The notes below the pieces were generated by a model. It saw only the letters and a list, made by a program, of their open reading frames with translations, was not told the DNA's origin and did not search any database. Source: a virus. From it: a DNA stretch of 64,000 nt. The stretch lies in the IMG/VR virus record IMGVR_UViG_3300009370_000003; one strand, given 5' to 3'. Below are positions 28,610 to 38,194 of this stretch, piece by piece. The stretch's first letter is position 1, and each line of letters starts with the position of its first letter. Made by a program: the position numbers and the translations under genes.

Positions 28610-28710
28610 GGAGGGGTGGGTTCAAGTTTTCACGCATGTCGTGATAATAATTGTGGACTTGGTGATGATTTAGAACCCTTGTCCCTTACCCGAGTCTTTC
28701 GACCCCTATT
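28610..28710 (-). ncRNA. Candidate structured RNA
   Basis: GGGTC-GAAA-GACTC, GGGTTC/GAACCC, CAAGT/ACTTG, TCACG/CGTGA, AGGGGT/ACCCCT. Confidence 0.5.
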
Positions 28711-28725
28711 AAAACTATACCTCTA

Positions 28726-29001
28726 TTATACCATGGACACAGCCCTATGGTCAAGGCCGTATTTGGTTAAATAATATATTACTGCTTTCTTCTCATTCGA
28801 GGTCAAATCGTCTATACTTGTAAACCTAGAATAGGTTAAACCTACAGTAACTAATTTATTACCAGCAGTCACAGCTGCATTCCACATTAAATCATTTTTC
28901 GGGTATAACTGATTCTTCTCACATAGTGTGATAAGGTTCCTACCCATTCGAACAAACTTCTCTTCTTCTCCTTTAAAGTTTTCGTATAAGCTCATTTGCA
29001 T
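28726..29001 (-). CDS. Hypothetical early protein
   Basis: GGAG RBS; directly downstream of a promoter. Confidence 0.65.
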   Translation of the reverse strand: MQMSLYENFKGEEEKFVRMGRNLITLCEKNQLYPKNDLMWNAAVTAGNKLVTVGLTYSRFTSIDDLTSNEKKAVIYYLTKYGLDHRAVSMV

Positions 29002-29027
29002 TACTCCATTATTTAAATATAGAGTAT

Positions 29028-29057
29028 ATTATATAAAAAAGCCTAGGGCAGTGTAAA
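29028..29057 (-). promoter_or_regulatory. Sigma70-type promoter
   Basis: TTTACA-18 nt-TATAAT. Confidence 0.7.
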
Positions 29058-29071
29058 GTGGGTTTTTGTAA

Positions 29072-29323
29072 TTATAATCCGGCTTGGATTTTATCGAGTT
29101 CAAGGATTTTCTTGTTTATAACATCTACACGGTTAGGCCAATAGATATAGTCCTTATCTGAATCCTTTGCTAGGTTCTCTAACAATGGTCGAATAAAGTT
29201 ATCAAGTTTATCAATGACAGCGTTTGCTTCGTTTGTGCTACTGGAGATGGATTTATCTACTACCTTAAGCTCGTCTGCGTCTAAGGCTGCAAATCCAAAA
29301 TCGTTGTATTCTATTTCTGACAT
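29072..29323 (-). CDS. Conserved phage hypothetical protein
   Basis: DFGF...D..EL, PLL.NL.....KDYIYWPNR; CATAAATA upstream. Confidence 0.75.
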   Translation of the reverse strand: MSEIEYNDFGFAALDADELKVVDKSISSSTNEANAVIDKLDNFIRPLLENLAKDSDKDYIYWPNRVDVINKKILELDKIQAGL

Positions 29324-29331
29324 ATTAGTAT

Positions 29332-29934
29332 TTATGTATCCTTATCGCCGAATTCCTCTTCAACCTCTAACATATGGTTATAATATTCTTCTAGTTCCTT
29401 TAACTCTTGTTTCTCATGTTGTACTTCTCGATAGTTTGCTCGGTGTTCTAATGTCATTTCTGTTGGAACAATTCTATTGGTATACCAATTAAAAATGAGC
29501 TCTCTAATAGCATCAGTTATCTCATCATAATATAATGAAGGCAATTCGTCATGTTCTATTAACCCAAGGTTCAATGTTATTATACCACATTTTCTGTCAC
29601 TGTTATAATTGAGGTTGTCAGCTAAATGGTTAAGTCCAGCTTTCTGAGCGGCATACAAATAGCCTTTAGAGATATTTGGTTTCCCAGCTCGACTGGATAT
29701 GTTAATGATAAGCTTATGGGTGTCGTCTTTCCATTGACAATATGCCTCATGTAATAGTTCCGCTTGTTTGAATCCTACATGTGCATTGTTAATAAAGATA
29801 TCAAAATGGTTCCATGGTATGTCTGACTCAACTCTACATGTTTCAACATCTAATTTTGAATAAACTATCTCCCCATTCAAGTTCTTTATAACTGCACCTG
29901 CTAGTTTACTACTTCCTGTTATTAGGACTTTCAT
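29332..29934 (-). CDS. Short-chain dehydrogenase/reductase-like protein
   Basis: KVLITG, DIFINNA, IINISS, YAAQK (YxxxK). Confidence 0.8.
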   Translation of the reverse strand: MKVLITGSSKLAGAVIKNLNGEIVYSKLDVETCRVESDIPWNHFDIFINNAHVGFKQAELLHEAYCQWKDDTHKLIINISSRAGKPNISKGYLYAAQKAGLNHLADNLNYNSDRKCGIITLNLGLIEHDELPSLYYDEITDAIRELIFNWYTNRIVPTEMTLEHRANYREVQHEKQELKELEEYYNHMLEVEEEFGDKDT

Positions 29935-30826
29935 AATACTCCTTAATCAAATCAAAGGACGGCTTTCCAAATAGACTACCGTCAACGCTACATTTATTAC
30001 AAGGGGACATACTCCTATCACCCTTCATTAATTTCCTTCTAATCTTATTCATGGGTTTACTAAACCATACATCGTGTAGACTCTGTTGCAATAGATTCCC
30101 GACAACATGTTCTCGTCCCCAATCGTTTGAGCAGAATAGAACATCACCATTCCAATCTACAAACATTTTATAGAACGGATAGTGACATGGTTTCCCTTGT
30201 AGGGATTCCACATCACTCTCCTCAATTCCAATCCAGTCAATGGTTCCACTTCTATTGTTTAATATTAATCCGTGATTCTCAAAATCACCCCAGTGCATTC
30301 TATACTTATACTTGTCTTTATAGTCTACTAGAATCCTATCAAAGTGTTCTATCTGTTCTACACCGTCATACAAATTTATATAGAGCAAATCTAATCCACT
30401 GTCAAATAACTTCTTTGCATATTTTAATGTGAGCTTATCTCCATTAGTATTACACTCTAGGGTTGCGTCTGGCAACCACATTCTAAATCGAAATACTATC
30501 TGTGGGAACTTAGGGTTAAGAAGGTTCTCTCCAAATCCGCTAAAAGATATCTTCCCATTATAATTATGTTTTCCTAATTCCTTTGCAATAGTCTCTGCAC
30601 CTTTCGGTGTCATGTGTAAGTTTCTATTTGGAAAGACATGAGAGTAATACCTTGGACAAAACACGCATGCCCTATTACATAGTTCAGTTGTATTAACCTC
30701 AACCGTAAGTATGGAATTAAGTTCATTTGCTTTATCTTGTTTAGACCAGTGTTTCTTTTCTTGTTCTCTTCTGTGTTCTAAGAAATCGTGTTGGTCAACA
30801 GCTTGTATTGGAATGTTCTCACCCAC
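29909..30826 (-). CDS. Radical SAM protein with SPASM/twitch domain
   Basis: CNRACVFC; C.YPF....VDWNG.V..C..D; CNKC. Confidence 0.92.
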   Translation of the reverse strand: MGENIPIQAVDQHDFLEHRREQEKKHWSKQDKANELNSILTVEVNTTELCNRACVFCPRYYSHVFPNRNLHMTPKGAETIAKELGKHNYNGKISFSGFGENLLNPKFPQIVFRFRMWLPDATLECNTNGDKLTLKYAKKLFDSGLDLLYINLYDGVEQIEHFDRILVDYKDKYKYRMHWGDFENHGLILNNRSGTIDWIGIEESDVESLQGKPCHYPFYKMFVDWNGDVLFCSNDWGREHVVGNLLQQSLHDVWFSKPMNKIRRKLMKGDRSMSPCNKCSVDGSLFGKPSFDLIKEYYESPNNRK

Positions 30827-31298
30827 GCCTTACCTCTAGATATCGTTCTTCTTTACCATCGTCAGGAACATAGGTATATGTTACTGTGTCACCATGGCTC
30901 CATTGTGGGATAAAATCTATAGACAATAAAGTATAGACATTATCTGAACCATTAAATATGTGTGAGGAAGTAGGGTCACCACCCTTTTTAGAAAACATTG
31001 TTTTGCAATGGTATTCCCATAACTGCTCATTGTCTGATGAGAATACAAGTTTATCGGATAATGGAAGAACAGAAAAACGAAGTAAGTTATCGTCACGAAT
31101 TACTTTGAAACTTTCTACCCAACGGAATCCTACCTTGTTTGCCATGTCCCAAGGTATATCAAAACGAAGTAAGTCTTCTCTATCGTAGGGAAGCTCTTCG
31201 TTATAAATTTTAGATTGTTGTTCTACTCGGTGTTGACGGACAATATCTTTAGTTGAAGTATCCACCGTCTCGGACATCATCTCCACTCTCGGTTTCAT
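30819..31298 (-). CDS. Hypothetical protein (start uncertain)
   Basis: ORF fills the gap between coupled genes. Confidence 0.5.
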   Translation of the reverse strand: MKPRVEMMSETVDTSTKDIVRQHRVEQQSKIYNEELPYDREDLLRFDIPWDMANKVGFRWVESFKVIRDDNLLRFSVLPLSDKLVFSSDNEQLWEYHCKTMFSKKGGDPTSSHIFNGSDNVYTLLSIDFIPQWSHGDTVTYTYVPDDGKEERYLEVRRG

Positions 31299-32685
31299 TT
31301 GCTTCCCCTTCACTATCTGTTTCACTTGCACTAACAAACTCACCACTGTCCTGTAGGTCACTAATGAAATTGTCTGTTGCCAATGTAAACTGTGTAATCA
31401 TTTCTGCTTTAGAATCTTTTGTAGATACAGTATCAAATCCTAACTTTAAAGCTTCTGCTCTAATCTTAGACTTAGTCATACCTTTAAGTTCTGACGCTGT
31501 AGGAACTACAACTTCTTCGAACTCTTCGTCTTCTACTTTCTTAGCAGCTTCTAAATCATCTGATTCGTCATGTTCAATTTGAGACGCAGCAGCTCTTGCT
31601 TCGAAATCTGCAATCTCTTTCTCGGGAACTATTCTAACATTAAGTGGTTTGGCTTTAGCTACCTCTGCCTGAATTACAGCAGGATTGTTGCTGTCACTAA
31701 TAATAGGTTTACTTCCAACAGTAAATGTTTCGGTTGTTTCTGACTGTGGAACAGCAAAGTTTGTTTCCGTTGTTGGACTTCCATTTGCATCGTATCCAAC
31801 TGTGATAGGTTGACCCTCTAAATCTTTAGGTGGTTCTTCTGTTACATCTTCTTCGGATAAATCCTCAACTTCCTTTAAGAACTCGTCTGTTCCTTTTGCG
31901 TCTTCGGGAACATCTAAGGTTATGGTTTCTTTCCCTGATTCACCTAATGTTGTAGTTGTTATAGTTTCAGGATTACTGTAGGTATCAGCATAGGTATCTA
32001 CTACTGGAACTGTCTCGGTAGATACAGAAGTTGTTATTGGTTCCAACTCATCTTGCATTTGTTCTGAAACAGAAGGTTCAGGATTTACTGCTCTTGCTCT
32101 CTCCCAAGCTTTACTTGGTGTAGATACAGTAGTTACAGCTGCAGCTGCCTTAGACTCGTCTAGTAATTCTTTAAGACTCTTCTGTTGTTCTGCATCTAAT
32201 GGTTCTGCAGTCTCACCTTCTTGTAAACCAATCTGTCCGTCACCGTCTAGGTCGATATTAATACCATGTGATGCAAGGACAGCTTCTAATTGTCTTGCTC
32301 TCTCTTCTGCATCTTTCCTTCGTTTCCTTTCTACATTACGAGCGTCTTGAAGGTCTTGTTGAACCCTTGCAATTTCCATTTGCTTTTGTTGATTATGCTC
32401 TTCGGTTAACTGCACCATTCTGTTCTGTGCATTAGTTAACTGTACTTGATACTCATCTAACCCTTCCTTAAGTTCATTCCTTATTGTAATGAATGCGTCT
32501 AGGTCTTCAATCTTAGTGGGTTTCTCTAAGGCTTGTTGCATTAATATCTGTGAAAACTGAGCGACAGCAGGGGTCACATTAACTCTAAAGTTTTTAATGC
32601 GTTCTTGCAACCGTTCAAGTTCTGTGGGTTCGGGGGCAGCGAAAGTAGAGGTTCCTACTTCACTATTCAATTCATCTGTTGCCAT
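31249..32685 (-). CDS. Large acidic coiled-coil protein with EF-hand-like loop and Rho-N/HeH-like C-terminal motif
   Basis: Coiled coil, DLDGDGQIG, ELKGMTKSKIRAEALKLG...KAEMI; likely start MATDE after GGAG. Confidence 0.65.
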   Translation of the reverse strand: MATDELNSEVGTSTFAAPEPTELERLQERIKNFRVNVTPAVAQFSQILMQQALEKPTKIEDLDAFITIRNELKEGLDEYQVQLTNAQNRMVQLTEEHNQQKQMEIARVQQDLQDARNVERKRRKDAEERARQLEAVLASHGINIDLDGDGQIGLQEGETAEPLDAEQQKSLKELLDESKAAAAVTTVSTPSKAWERARAVNPEPSVSEQMQDELEPITTSVSTETVPVVDTYADTYSNPETITTTTLGESGKETITLDVPEDAKGTDEFLKEVEDLSEEDVTEEPPKDLEGQPITVGYDANGSPTTETNFAVPQSETTETFTVGSKPIISDSNNPAVIQAEVAKAKPLNVRIVPEKEIADFEARAAASQIEHDESDDLEAAKKVEDEEFEEVVVPTASELKGMTKSKIRAEALKLGFDTVSTKDSKAEMITQFTLATDNFISDLQDSGEFVSASETDSEGEANETESGDDVRDGGYFN

Positions 32686-32782
32686 AATAATCTCCATGGA
32701 GTCCTACACGACTATTATCGTTGATAAGCTTCTTTACAAGAAAGCTGTGCATTCTATGTATAGTCTCGGAGGACATAAGTAT

Positions 32783-33292
32783 TTAGTTAATAGTAAGGTC
32801 TGGAAAGGCTTTTTCTACAACATCTTTTGTGATATTTTTGAATGGCCATTTACCGTCTTTTACCAACTCCATTAGTTCGGCTTCCTTGGTGGGGATACCT
32901 TCTAATAATTCTATCCACATAGACTCTCTACGAGCTTGTGGGACTTGTTCTGTCACAAAATATTTAAACATTTTATGCTCGAACCGTAGACTTGTTTCAG
33001 TTAAATCTGAAGCAGGTGCTTCGTTCTTTCTATAAGGGGTCTCACCTTCGGGTAATGTGCTATTGATATTAGAATCAAAGTACCATTGCAATACTCTTTG
33101 CACTGCACCGTTCCTATCATTATACACTCTAATACCATGTGCAGCCTTATCAGGGTCTTCAACTAAGTTTGCTTGACATAGTATCTCATACACATCTGCG
33201 TCATTAGGAAGTCTAGTTCGTTCTGTGACTAACTCCATTAACGGCTTATTGGGTGAACCCTTTGGTCTACCTCTTCCTCTTTTTTCATTCAT
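32783..33292 (-). CDS. Conserved T4-like hypothetical protein with N-terminal AT-hook
   Basis: KRGRGRPKG; LPEG..PY; RE.M.I.LLEG....EAEL; usual neighbour of rnh. Confidence 0.8.
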   Translation of the reverse strand: MNEKRGRGRPKGSPNKPLMELVTERTRLPNDADVYEILCQANLVEDPDKAAHGIRVYNDRNGAVQRVLQWYFDSNINSTLPEGETPYRKNEAPASDLTETSLRFEHKMFKYFVTEQVPQARRESMWIELLEGIPTKEAELMELVKDGKWPFKNITKDVVEKAFPDLTIN

Positions 33293-34140
33293 AATGTAAA
33301 ATCCTCTACATGATTTAATAACACATCTAATCTATGTGTTCTTAAGTAATCAAATACTTTACCTTTAACTGGTTCAACATTTGAATACTCATTTAATATT
33401 CTATCTGCCACCTCTTGTGGAATGAAATCAAAATCTATTAAAGTTTGATTTCTTAAATAGTTCCTATAGTATTTATCGTCATTTTTAATAGTGATTCTCA
33501 TATACTTTTCTAGTATAGGTTTCCTCATAGGGGTCTGCCTTATACCTTCGTCTAAACAATTATCATTAGATAATATGTTTGGTATACCGTCAGCTTTATC
33601 TCCCTTAAGTATATGTTCTTTTAAAAACTCTCCTGCGTCTAATGGTTCAACAAACTTATTAAGGTTAGGTGACCATTGTTTCACACTCTCATACCTTTGT
33701 AATTGTTGGAAGTCTTTATCTCCACTAACAATTAGTAAAGGGTTACCATTATCTATTATGTAATGGTGTTGTGTTAAGACTGCTATTATATCGTCTGCTT
33801 CACACCCTTCCACATACATATATTTATAGGGGAAATTTTCCTTGATTTCCATTTTAACTGTATGCAATGTATCAAAGATTAACTTCCAATCCCTATCGTC
33901 TTTGTCTCTAGCTTTCTTTCTGTTTGCTTTATATAATGGAAAGAAATCTCTTCTCCATGGATTCGGAGCGTCTGTGCATAGAACTATTTGACCATAGTCT
34001 GCTGAATATCGTTTTTGATAGTTCCTAACGGAATTCAGAATCATGTGTCTTAACAAGTCTTCTGATATTTCGCCTTCTGTTAGTTTTAATTGTGCCATGA
34101 GACCAGCAATGATGGTCTGCGTAAAATCTATTAGTATCAT
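33289..34140 (-). CDS. rnh: T4-type RNase H
   Basis: ILID..Q, WRR..FP.YKA.R, EADDII, SGDKDF.QL, GD..DGIPN. Confidence 0.95.
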   Translation of the reverse strand: MILIDFTQTIIAGLMAQLKLTEGEISEDLLRHMILNSVRNYQKRYSADYGQIVLCTDAPNPWRRDFFPLYKANRKKARDKDDRDWKLIFDTLHTVKMEIKENFPYKYMYVEGCEADDIIAVLTQHHYIIDNGNPLLIVSGDKDFQQLQRYESVKQWSPNLNKFVEPLDAGEFLKEHILKGDKADGIPNILSNDNCLDEGIRQTPMRKPILEKYMRITIKNDDKYYRNYLRNQTLIDFDFIPQEVADRILNEYSNVEPVKGKVFDYLRTHRLDVLLNHVEDFTL

Positions 34141-34856
34141 TTAATCACTTTTATTAATAATGTATTCTTGGTAATTAAGTCGTTTCCTTCTTTTGCTTTA
34201 GACCTAGGTATCTCGTCCATAAACCTTTGAGCAATAATATTACCACCTTCTATTAGTCTATCAAGTAAAGTCAAATCTGTCAAGGTCTTTTCTGTAATTT
34301 TATGGTATCCTGTTATACGACTTCTATTTACAGATAAATGACCAATAAACTCTGTTAGCTTCTTACTTGAAGTGTTGTAGGTGAATAGGTGTCTTGCCCT
34401 AGGTATCTCTACTGGGTCTATTGATTTATATTTGTCTTCCCATGTTTCTAGGTAAGGAAGTTTCTTTACTATCTGAGCTGGAGTTTTAATTCTAGGTTTA
34501 CGAACTGGTTTGTATTCTTCACAATACTTCTCTATGTCTGACTCTAATCCAGCTAGGAACTTAAGAACTTTCTTCTTGTGTGCCTTACTCATAAAACTAT
34601 ATGCTTCTTCTAACTGGTCACACTTTTCGTCATTCCTTATCTCGTCTGCCATTCCATTAGTAAACCCTTCCATGTATTTAACGACACGACTGCTATAGTC
34701 TAATTGACGGAGATACTTATACATGGAAAATGAATTCTTTTGGTTATCTATTACTTTATCAATCTCCATCTCAACTGGGTCTAGAGCGTCCAACGCCTTC
34801 AACCTCATTCTTTCTTGGATTGATACTTTAGGCTTTGTCTTCGTCTGTGTCGTCAT
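34137..34856 (-). CDS. Conserved T4-like hypothetical protein
   Basis: QL.EAYS, K.RKP, SI.P..I, YNT..K.L; conserved position before rnh. Confidence 0.75.
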   Translation of the reverse strand: MTTQTKTKPKVSIQERMRLKALDALDPVEMEIDKVIDNQKNSFSMYKYLRQLDYSSRVVKYMEGFTNGMADEIRNDEKCDQLEEAYSFMSKAHKKKVLKFLAGLESDIEKYCEEYKPVRKPRIKTPAQIVKKLPYLETWEDKYKSIDPVEIPRARHLFTYNTSSKKLTEFIGHLSVNRSRITGYHKITEKTLTDLTLLDRLIEGGNIIAQRFMDEIPRSKAKEGNDLITKNTLLIKVIK

Positions 34857-36261
34857 GTTTATTAGTCAATAAGAACTTCCTAGTAGGATTAATCATTAGA
34901 TTAGCTCTTCCCATAAAATCTCTATTCGCTAAAAAAGGAATCTTCCCTCTTTGGTCTAGACTTACTTCTTGTTCATATATAGTATTTAAGAAGTTTAATT
35001 CACACTTGACTATTGGTCTTTCTTCTGCTGGTTTTAATAGAGTTACCATTCTAACTAAAGGTTTCTTATATGTTTTACCATTCCGTTTGTAGTGAACAAC
35101 CTTGCCTTTGACCTCATGAGAGTCCGCGTGTAATGCACAAACACTCGTGTTGTTACCTGTGTCCAGTTTAACTGTCATAGCTTCTCCATCGACTTCTATG
35201 GTCTCTAGAACACCACATTCAGTTGCACTCTTTCTCCATGTCTCTCTGTCAAAGAAATCTTCTATAATTGTTTCACAAACTTCATCACCTAACACTTCGG
35301 ATATTCCTTGGGTGCCCGGCGAATGGTTTACCTCTAGCATGAACGGGTCTTCCTTCTCTCTGTTTCCAGCTGGGATAAAATCTACTCCTACCCATTGACC
35401 ACCTACAGCTTTTGCAGCTCGTAGACATGCTTCTTGTTCGATATCGGTTAGTTCAATCTCTTCGGCGTCTGCACCTTGAGATATGTTTGAACGAAAATCG
35501 TCAATGATTTTTTTCCTCTTCATTGCACCAATGACTTTCTTATTGTTAATCATGACACGGACATCATATTCCATATCAATATACTCTTGCAAAAGAATAT
35601 CACAAGTCGGGTCAATCTTATAGACAAGACTAACGGTAGACTGTAATGACCTTTCGGTTTCTACTAATAGAACTCCAACTCCTTTTGCACCCTGTAATGT
35701 TTTTAACACCATAGGGAATTCATTATCTAATGTTTCAGCTGCACGCTGAACTGTCTCATTCTCTTCATTAGGTATCAACACTGTTCTCGGTTGATTCATT
35801 CCTATCTCTTGAAGTCTTAAGTAAGTTCTAAACTTATCTGAACATACCTCAATACATTCTCTTGAGTTTACAACTGGGAATCCATATCTTTCTAATTGGG
35901 ATATTAAATCAAGATAAGAATCTTTAGATACTACTGCACCTCTAACTATAACCAAAGTATCAGCGTCCATAACAAATCCTTTTTCATCGTCCTCGTTGTG
36001 GATTGTTATAACACCGTCATCGGTTCGCTCCAAGTATGCACCATTAATCTTACACGAGTAAACCTCAATCTTATTTTCTTTTGCAATGTTATATAACTTA
36101 CTGGAAGTGGATAAAGGTTTCTTAACTACGGGTTTGTCTGAGTTCTTCTTTTTCTTCTTGACCATGCGTCGTTCAGCAATGACAACTAACCTATACGGTT
36201 TGTCATTACCTTTCGCCTCTGTTAGGAGTTCGTTAAACGACTTCATTTTATTGTTCCTCAT
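34828..36261 (-). CDS. rimK: RimK-family ATP-grasp ligase fused to a RimB-like retropepsin protease
   Basis: DKF.T, P.T, P.VLK...G..G.GV, LLQEYI, DVRV, FRSN...G, GVD, LEVN.SPG; C-terminal KLDTGN...ERP.V...L..R....L..R. Confidence 0.85.
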   Translation of the reverse strand: MRNNKMKSFNELLTEAKGNDKPYRLVVIAERRMVKKKKKNSDKPVVKKPLSTSSKLYNIAKENKIEVYSCKINGAYLERTDDGVITIHNEDDEKGFVMDADTLVIVRGAVVSKDSYLDLISQLERYGFPVVNSRECIEVCSDKFRTYLRLQEIGMNQPRTVLIPNEENETVQRAAETLDNEFPMVLKTLQGAKGVGVLLVETERSLQSTVSLVYKIDPTCDILLQEYIDMEYDVRVMINNKKVIGAMKRKKIIDDFRSNISQGADAEEIELTDIEQEACLRAAKAVGGQWVGVDFIPAGNREKEDPFMLEVNHSPGTQGISEVLGDEVCETIIEDFFDRETWRKSATECGVLETIEVDGEAMTVKLDTGNNTSVCALHADSHEVKGKVVHYKRNGKTYKKPLVRMVTLLKPAEERPIVKCELNFLNTIYEQEVSLDQRGKIPFLANRDFMGRANLMINPTRKFLLTNKHDDTDEDKA

Positions 36262-36878
36262 TCGGAGTTGCCCACTGGAATTATATTTCCTGCGACACTT
36301 ATTCTTTCTTTATCTGTCTCATAGTGTGGAAAGACAAAGTGTTGAAGCCATGAAGGGAACATTATTATTTGTCCTCTTTCTGGCCAGTGATTAAATTGAC
36401 TCCAATTCATGTATTGTTCTTCACCATATCTTAATTGTAAGTGACCTGCTAGTTCCGTGTTTCTTGCATTGTCGAACTTATTATTTATGGTTTCTGCCCT
36501 GCTTAATTCATTTTTAATATAAATTACAAATGAGAACATACCAGTATGAGCATGTGCTGGATTGAATTCCATATACCTTTGTATGTTAACCCACAATGCA
36601 TCTATCTCAACTCTATCTGTTTCAGTCGGTCGCGCACCAGTGTCATAATAGAGTTGATTAACATGCTGAAGGATATGTCCTTTACATGCATCACTGGTTA
36701 AAGGAAGAATTTGATATTGGTCATCTATCCTTCCAGCAAGACCTTCTCTCATTGAGAATGACTCGTCATTGGTTGCAGTCTCAATGGACTGTTCCATTTC
36801 TTCAATATACTTGGGGTCTATCTGACTAATATAAACGGGTGGGCCGAAAGGGAATAGGGTGCTGAGTTCTTGATTCAT
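36258..36878 (-). CDS. 2OG-Fe(II) oxygenase-like protein
   Basis: WVN, NPAHAH, SFV.Y, G....FPSWL.H.V.P, RISVAGN. Confidence 0.85.
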   Translation of the reverse strand: MNQELSTLFPFGPPVYISQIDPKYIEEMEQSIETATNDESFSMREGLAGRIDDQYQILPLTSDACKGHILQHVNQLYYDTGARPTETDRVEIDALWVNIQRYMEFNPAHAHTGMFSFVIYIKNELSRAETINNKFDNARNTELAGHLQLRYGEEQYMNWSQFNHWPERGQIIMFPSWLQHFVFPHYETDKERISVAGNIIPVGNSE

Positions 36879-37204
36879 TTAACTAACTTAACAAATGCTT
36901 CTGCGTCTACTACGACTAATGGTTTACTTCTGTTTCTTTTAATCACTACCACTGGTTCATAACCTTTACAGTTCTGTTCTGCTTGTTCATAGGCTGCCCA
37001 TACATTAACCTTCTCTTGGTTCTTACATTCTACACTATACGGGAATATCTGTCTAGACTGTTTCCCTAAGATAATGTCTTCACCTTGGGAACCCATAGGT
37101 CGGGATTCTAAATCTTCTTCGTCTAAGCCTAGTTGTTCTACCAGCAACTTAGCAAACCACTGTTGTAGTTTTCTTCCTTTAGCCTTTGCTGATGAGGTTT
37201 TCAT
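36875..37204 (-). CDS. Putative Holliday junction resolvase-like nuclease
   Basis: SAKAKGR.LQ, MG..GED, ECKNQE. Confidence 0.7.
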   Translation of the reverse strand: MKTSSAKAKGRKLQQWFAKLLVEQLGLDEEDLESRPMGSQGEDIILGKQSRQIFPYSVECKNQEKVNVWAAYEQAEQNCKGYEPVVVIKRNRSKPLVVVDAEAFVKLVK

Positions 37205-37547
37205 AATTATTCACTGCATTCATATCAAAATTTATACTCACTCCACAACCACAAGAACTTTCTTCTTTGGGGTTAATGAATTTAAAAAACTCGTTAAGTC
37301 CTTCTTTAACCCAATCGATTGTCATTCCACTTATGTAAGGAACGGACTGTGGGTCTACTGCAAATTTAATCTTACCGTAGTCTACTACTAACTCGTCGCT
37401 AGATATGTCAGTAGCAGAATCAAACACATACTCAAGCCCAGCGCAACCGCCCCCCGTGACTCCGAGCTTAATGTATTCAAACTTCTCTGCACTTCTCTTC
37501 TCCAAGAGTTTATTAATTGCTTCATCGGTTATCTCTATTGTTAACAT
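37179..37547 (-). CDS. iscA: Fe-S cluster assembly A-type carrier (IscA/HesB)
   Basis: GGGCAGLEY, F.F.NP...SCGCG.S; TATAAATA at 37553-37560. Confidence 0.92.
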   Translation of the reverse strand: MLTIEITDEAINKLLEKRSAEKFEYIKLGVTGGGCAGLEYVFDSATDISSDELVVDYGKIKFAVDPQSVPYISGMTIDWVKEGLNEFFKFINPKEESSCGCGVSINFDMNAVNNYENLISKG

Positions 37548-37555
37548 ACCTATAT

Positions 37556-38194
37556 TTATATTAAGTCTCTGTTACTCTCGGCATTATCTACCTTAACTGT
37601 CTTGCAGTTAATCAGGCCCCAAGGGATTTCTATCTCTTGGTCTTCGGGAATATAAAGTTGATTGATTTCTGAATTGTTGCATGTATGGATTGCGTCATAG
37701 ATTGTTTCTACGATAGGTTCTCCATGCAAATTAAAAGAAGTATTAAAGACAATAGGAGTTCCATTCCTTTCTCCTAATGCTTTGATAAGGTCATAATAGT
37801 TTTTGTTTTGTTCTCTGTTAACTGTCTGTATCCTACAGGTGTTATCGGTATGAACTAATGAGGGTATCTCCTCTAATGCTTTCTCGGTGCATTGTAAAGC
37901 AAATGACATATAAGGACTAGACTTTAATTGTCCTAGGTGAACATACTCATGTGCATGTTCTTCTAAGATAGTGCAAGCAAACGGTCTGTAGTATTCTCTC
38001 TTCTTAACTTCATTAACTATATCCTTTGCATCAGAATTAGTTGGGTCAAAGAGTATAGACCTATTCCCTAATGCACGAGGGCCCCATTCAGATTCCCCTT
38101 GGAACATTCCAAAGATTTGTTGCTTGTCTACTAGCAAATCTATAACTGTATCTAAGTCTCGGTGAATGTCTGTTGATATGTATTGACCACTCAT
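37556..38194 (-). CDS. Carbamoyltransferase C-terminal domain (CmcH/NodU)
   Basis: FQG.SE.GPRALGNRSIL, KKRE.YRPFA, H.D.TCR.QTV, NTSFN..GEP.V. Confidence 0.92.
   Translation of the reverse strand: MSGQYISTDIHRDLDTVIDLLVDKQQIFGMFQGESEWGPRALGNRSILFDPTNSDAKDIVNEVKKREYYRPFACTILEEHAHEYVHLGQLKSSPYMSFALQCTEKALEEIPSLVHTDNTCRIQTVNREQNKNYYDLIKALGERNGTPIVFNTSFNLHGEPIVETIYDAIHTCNNSEINQLYIPEDQEIEIPWGLINCKTVKVDNAESNRDLI

Noticed and set aside
32725-32746. CTTGTAA in the leader hairpin as a tRNA-Thr anticodon mimic
   Set aside because: The pairing gives an 8-nt or 3-nt loop, not a 7-nt anticodon loop, and there is no T-arm
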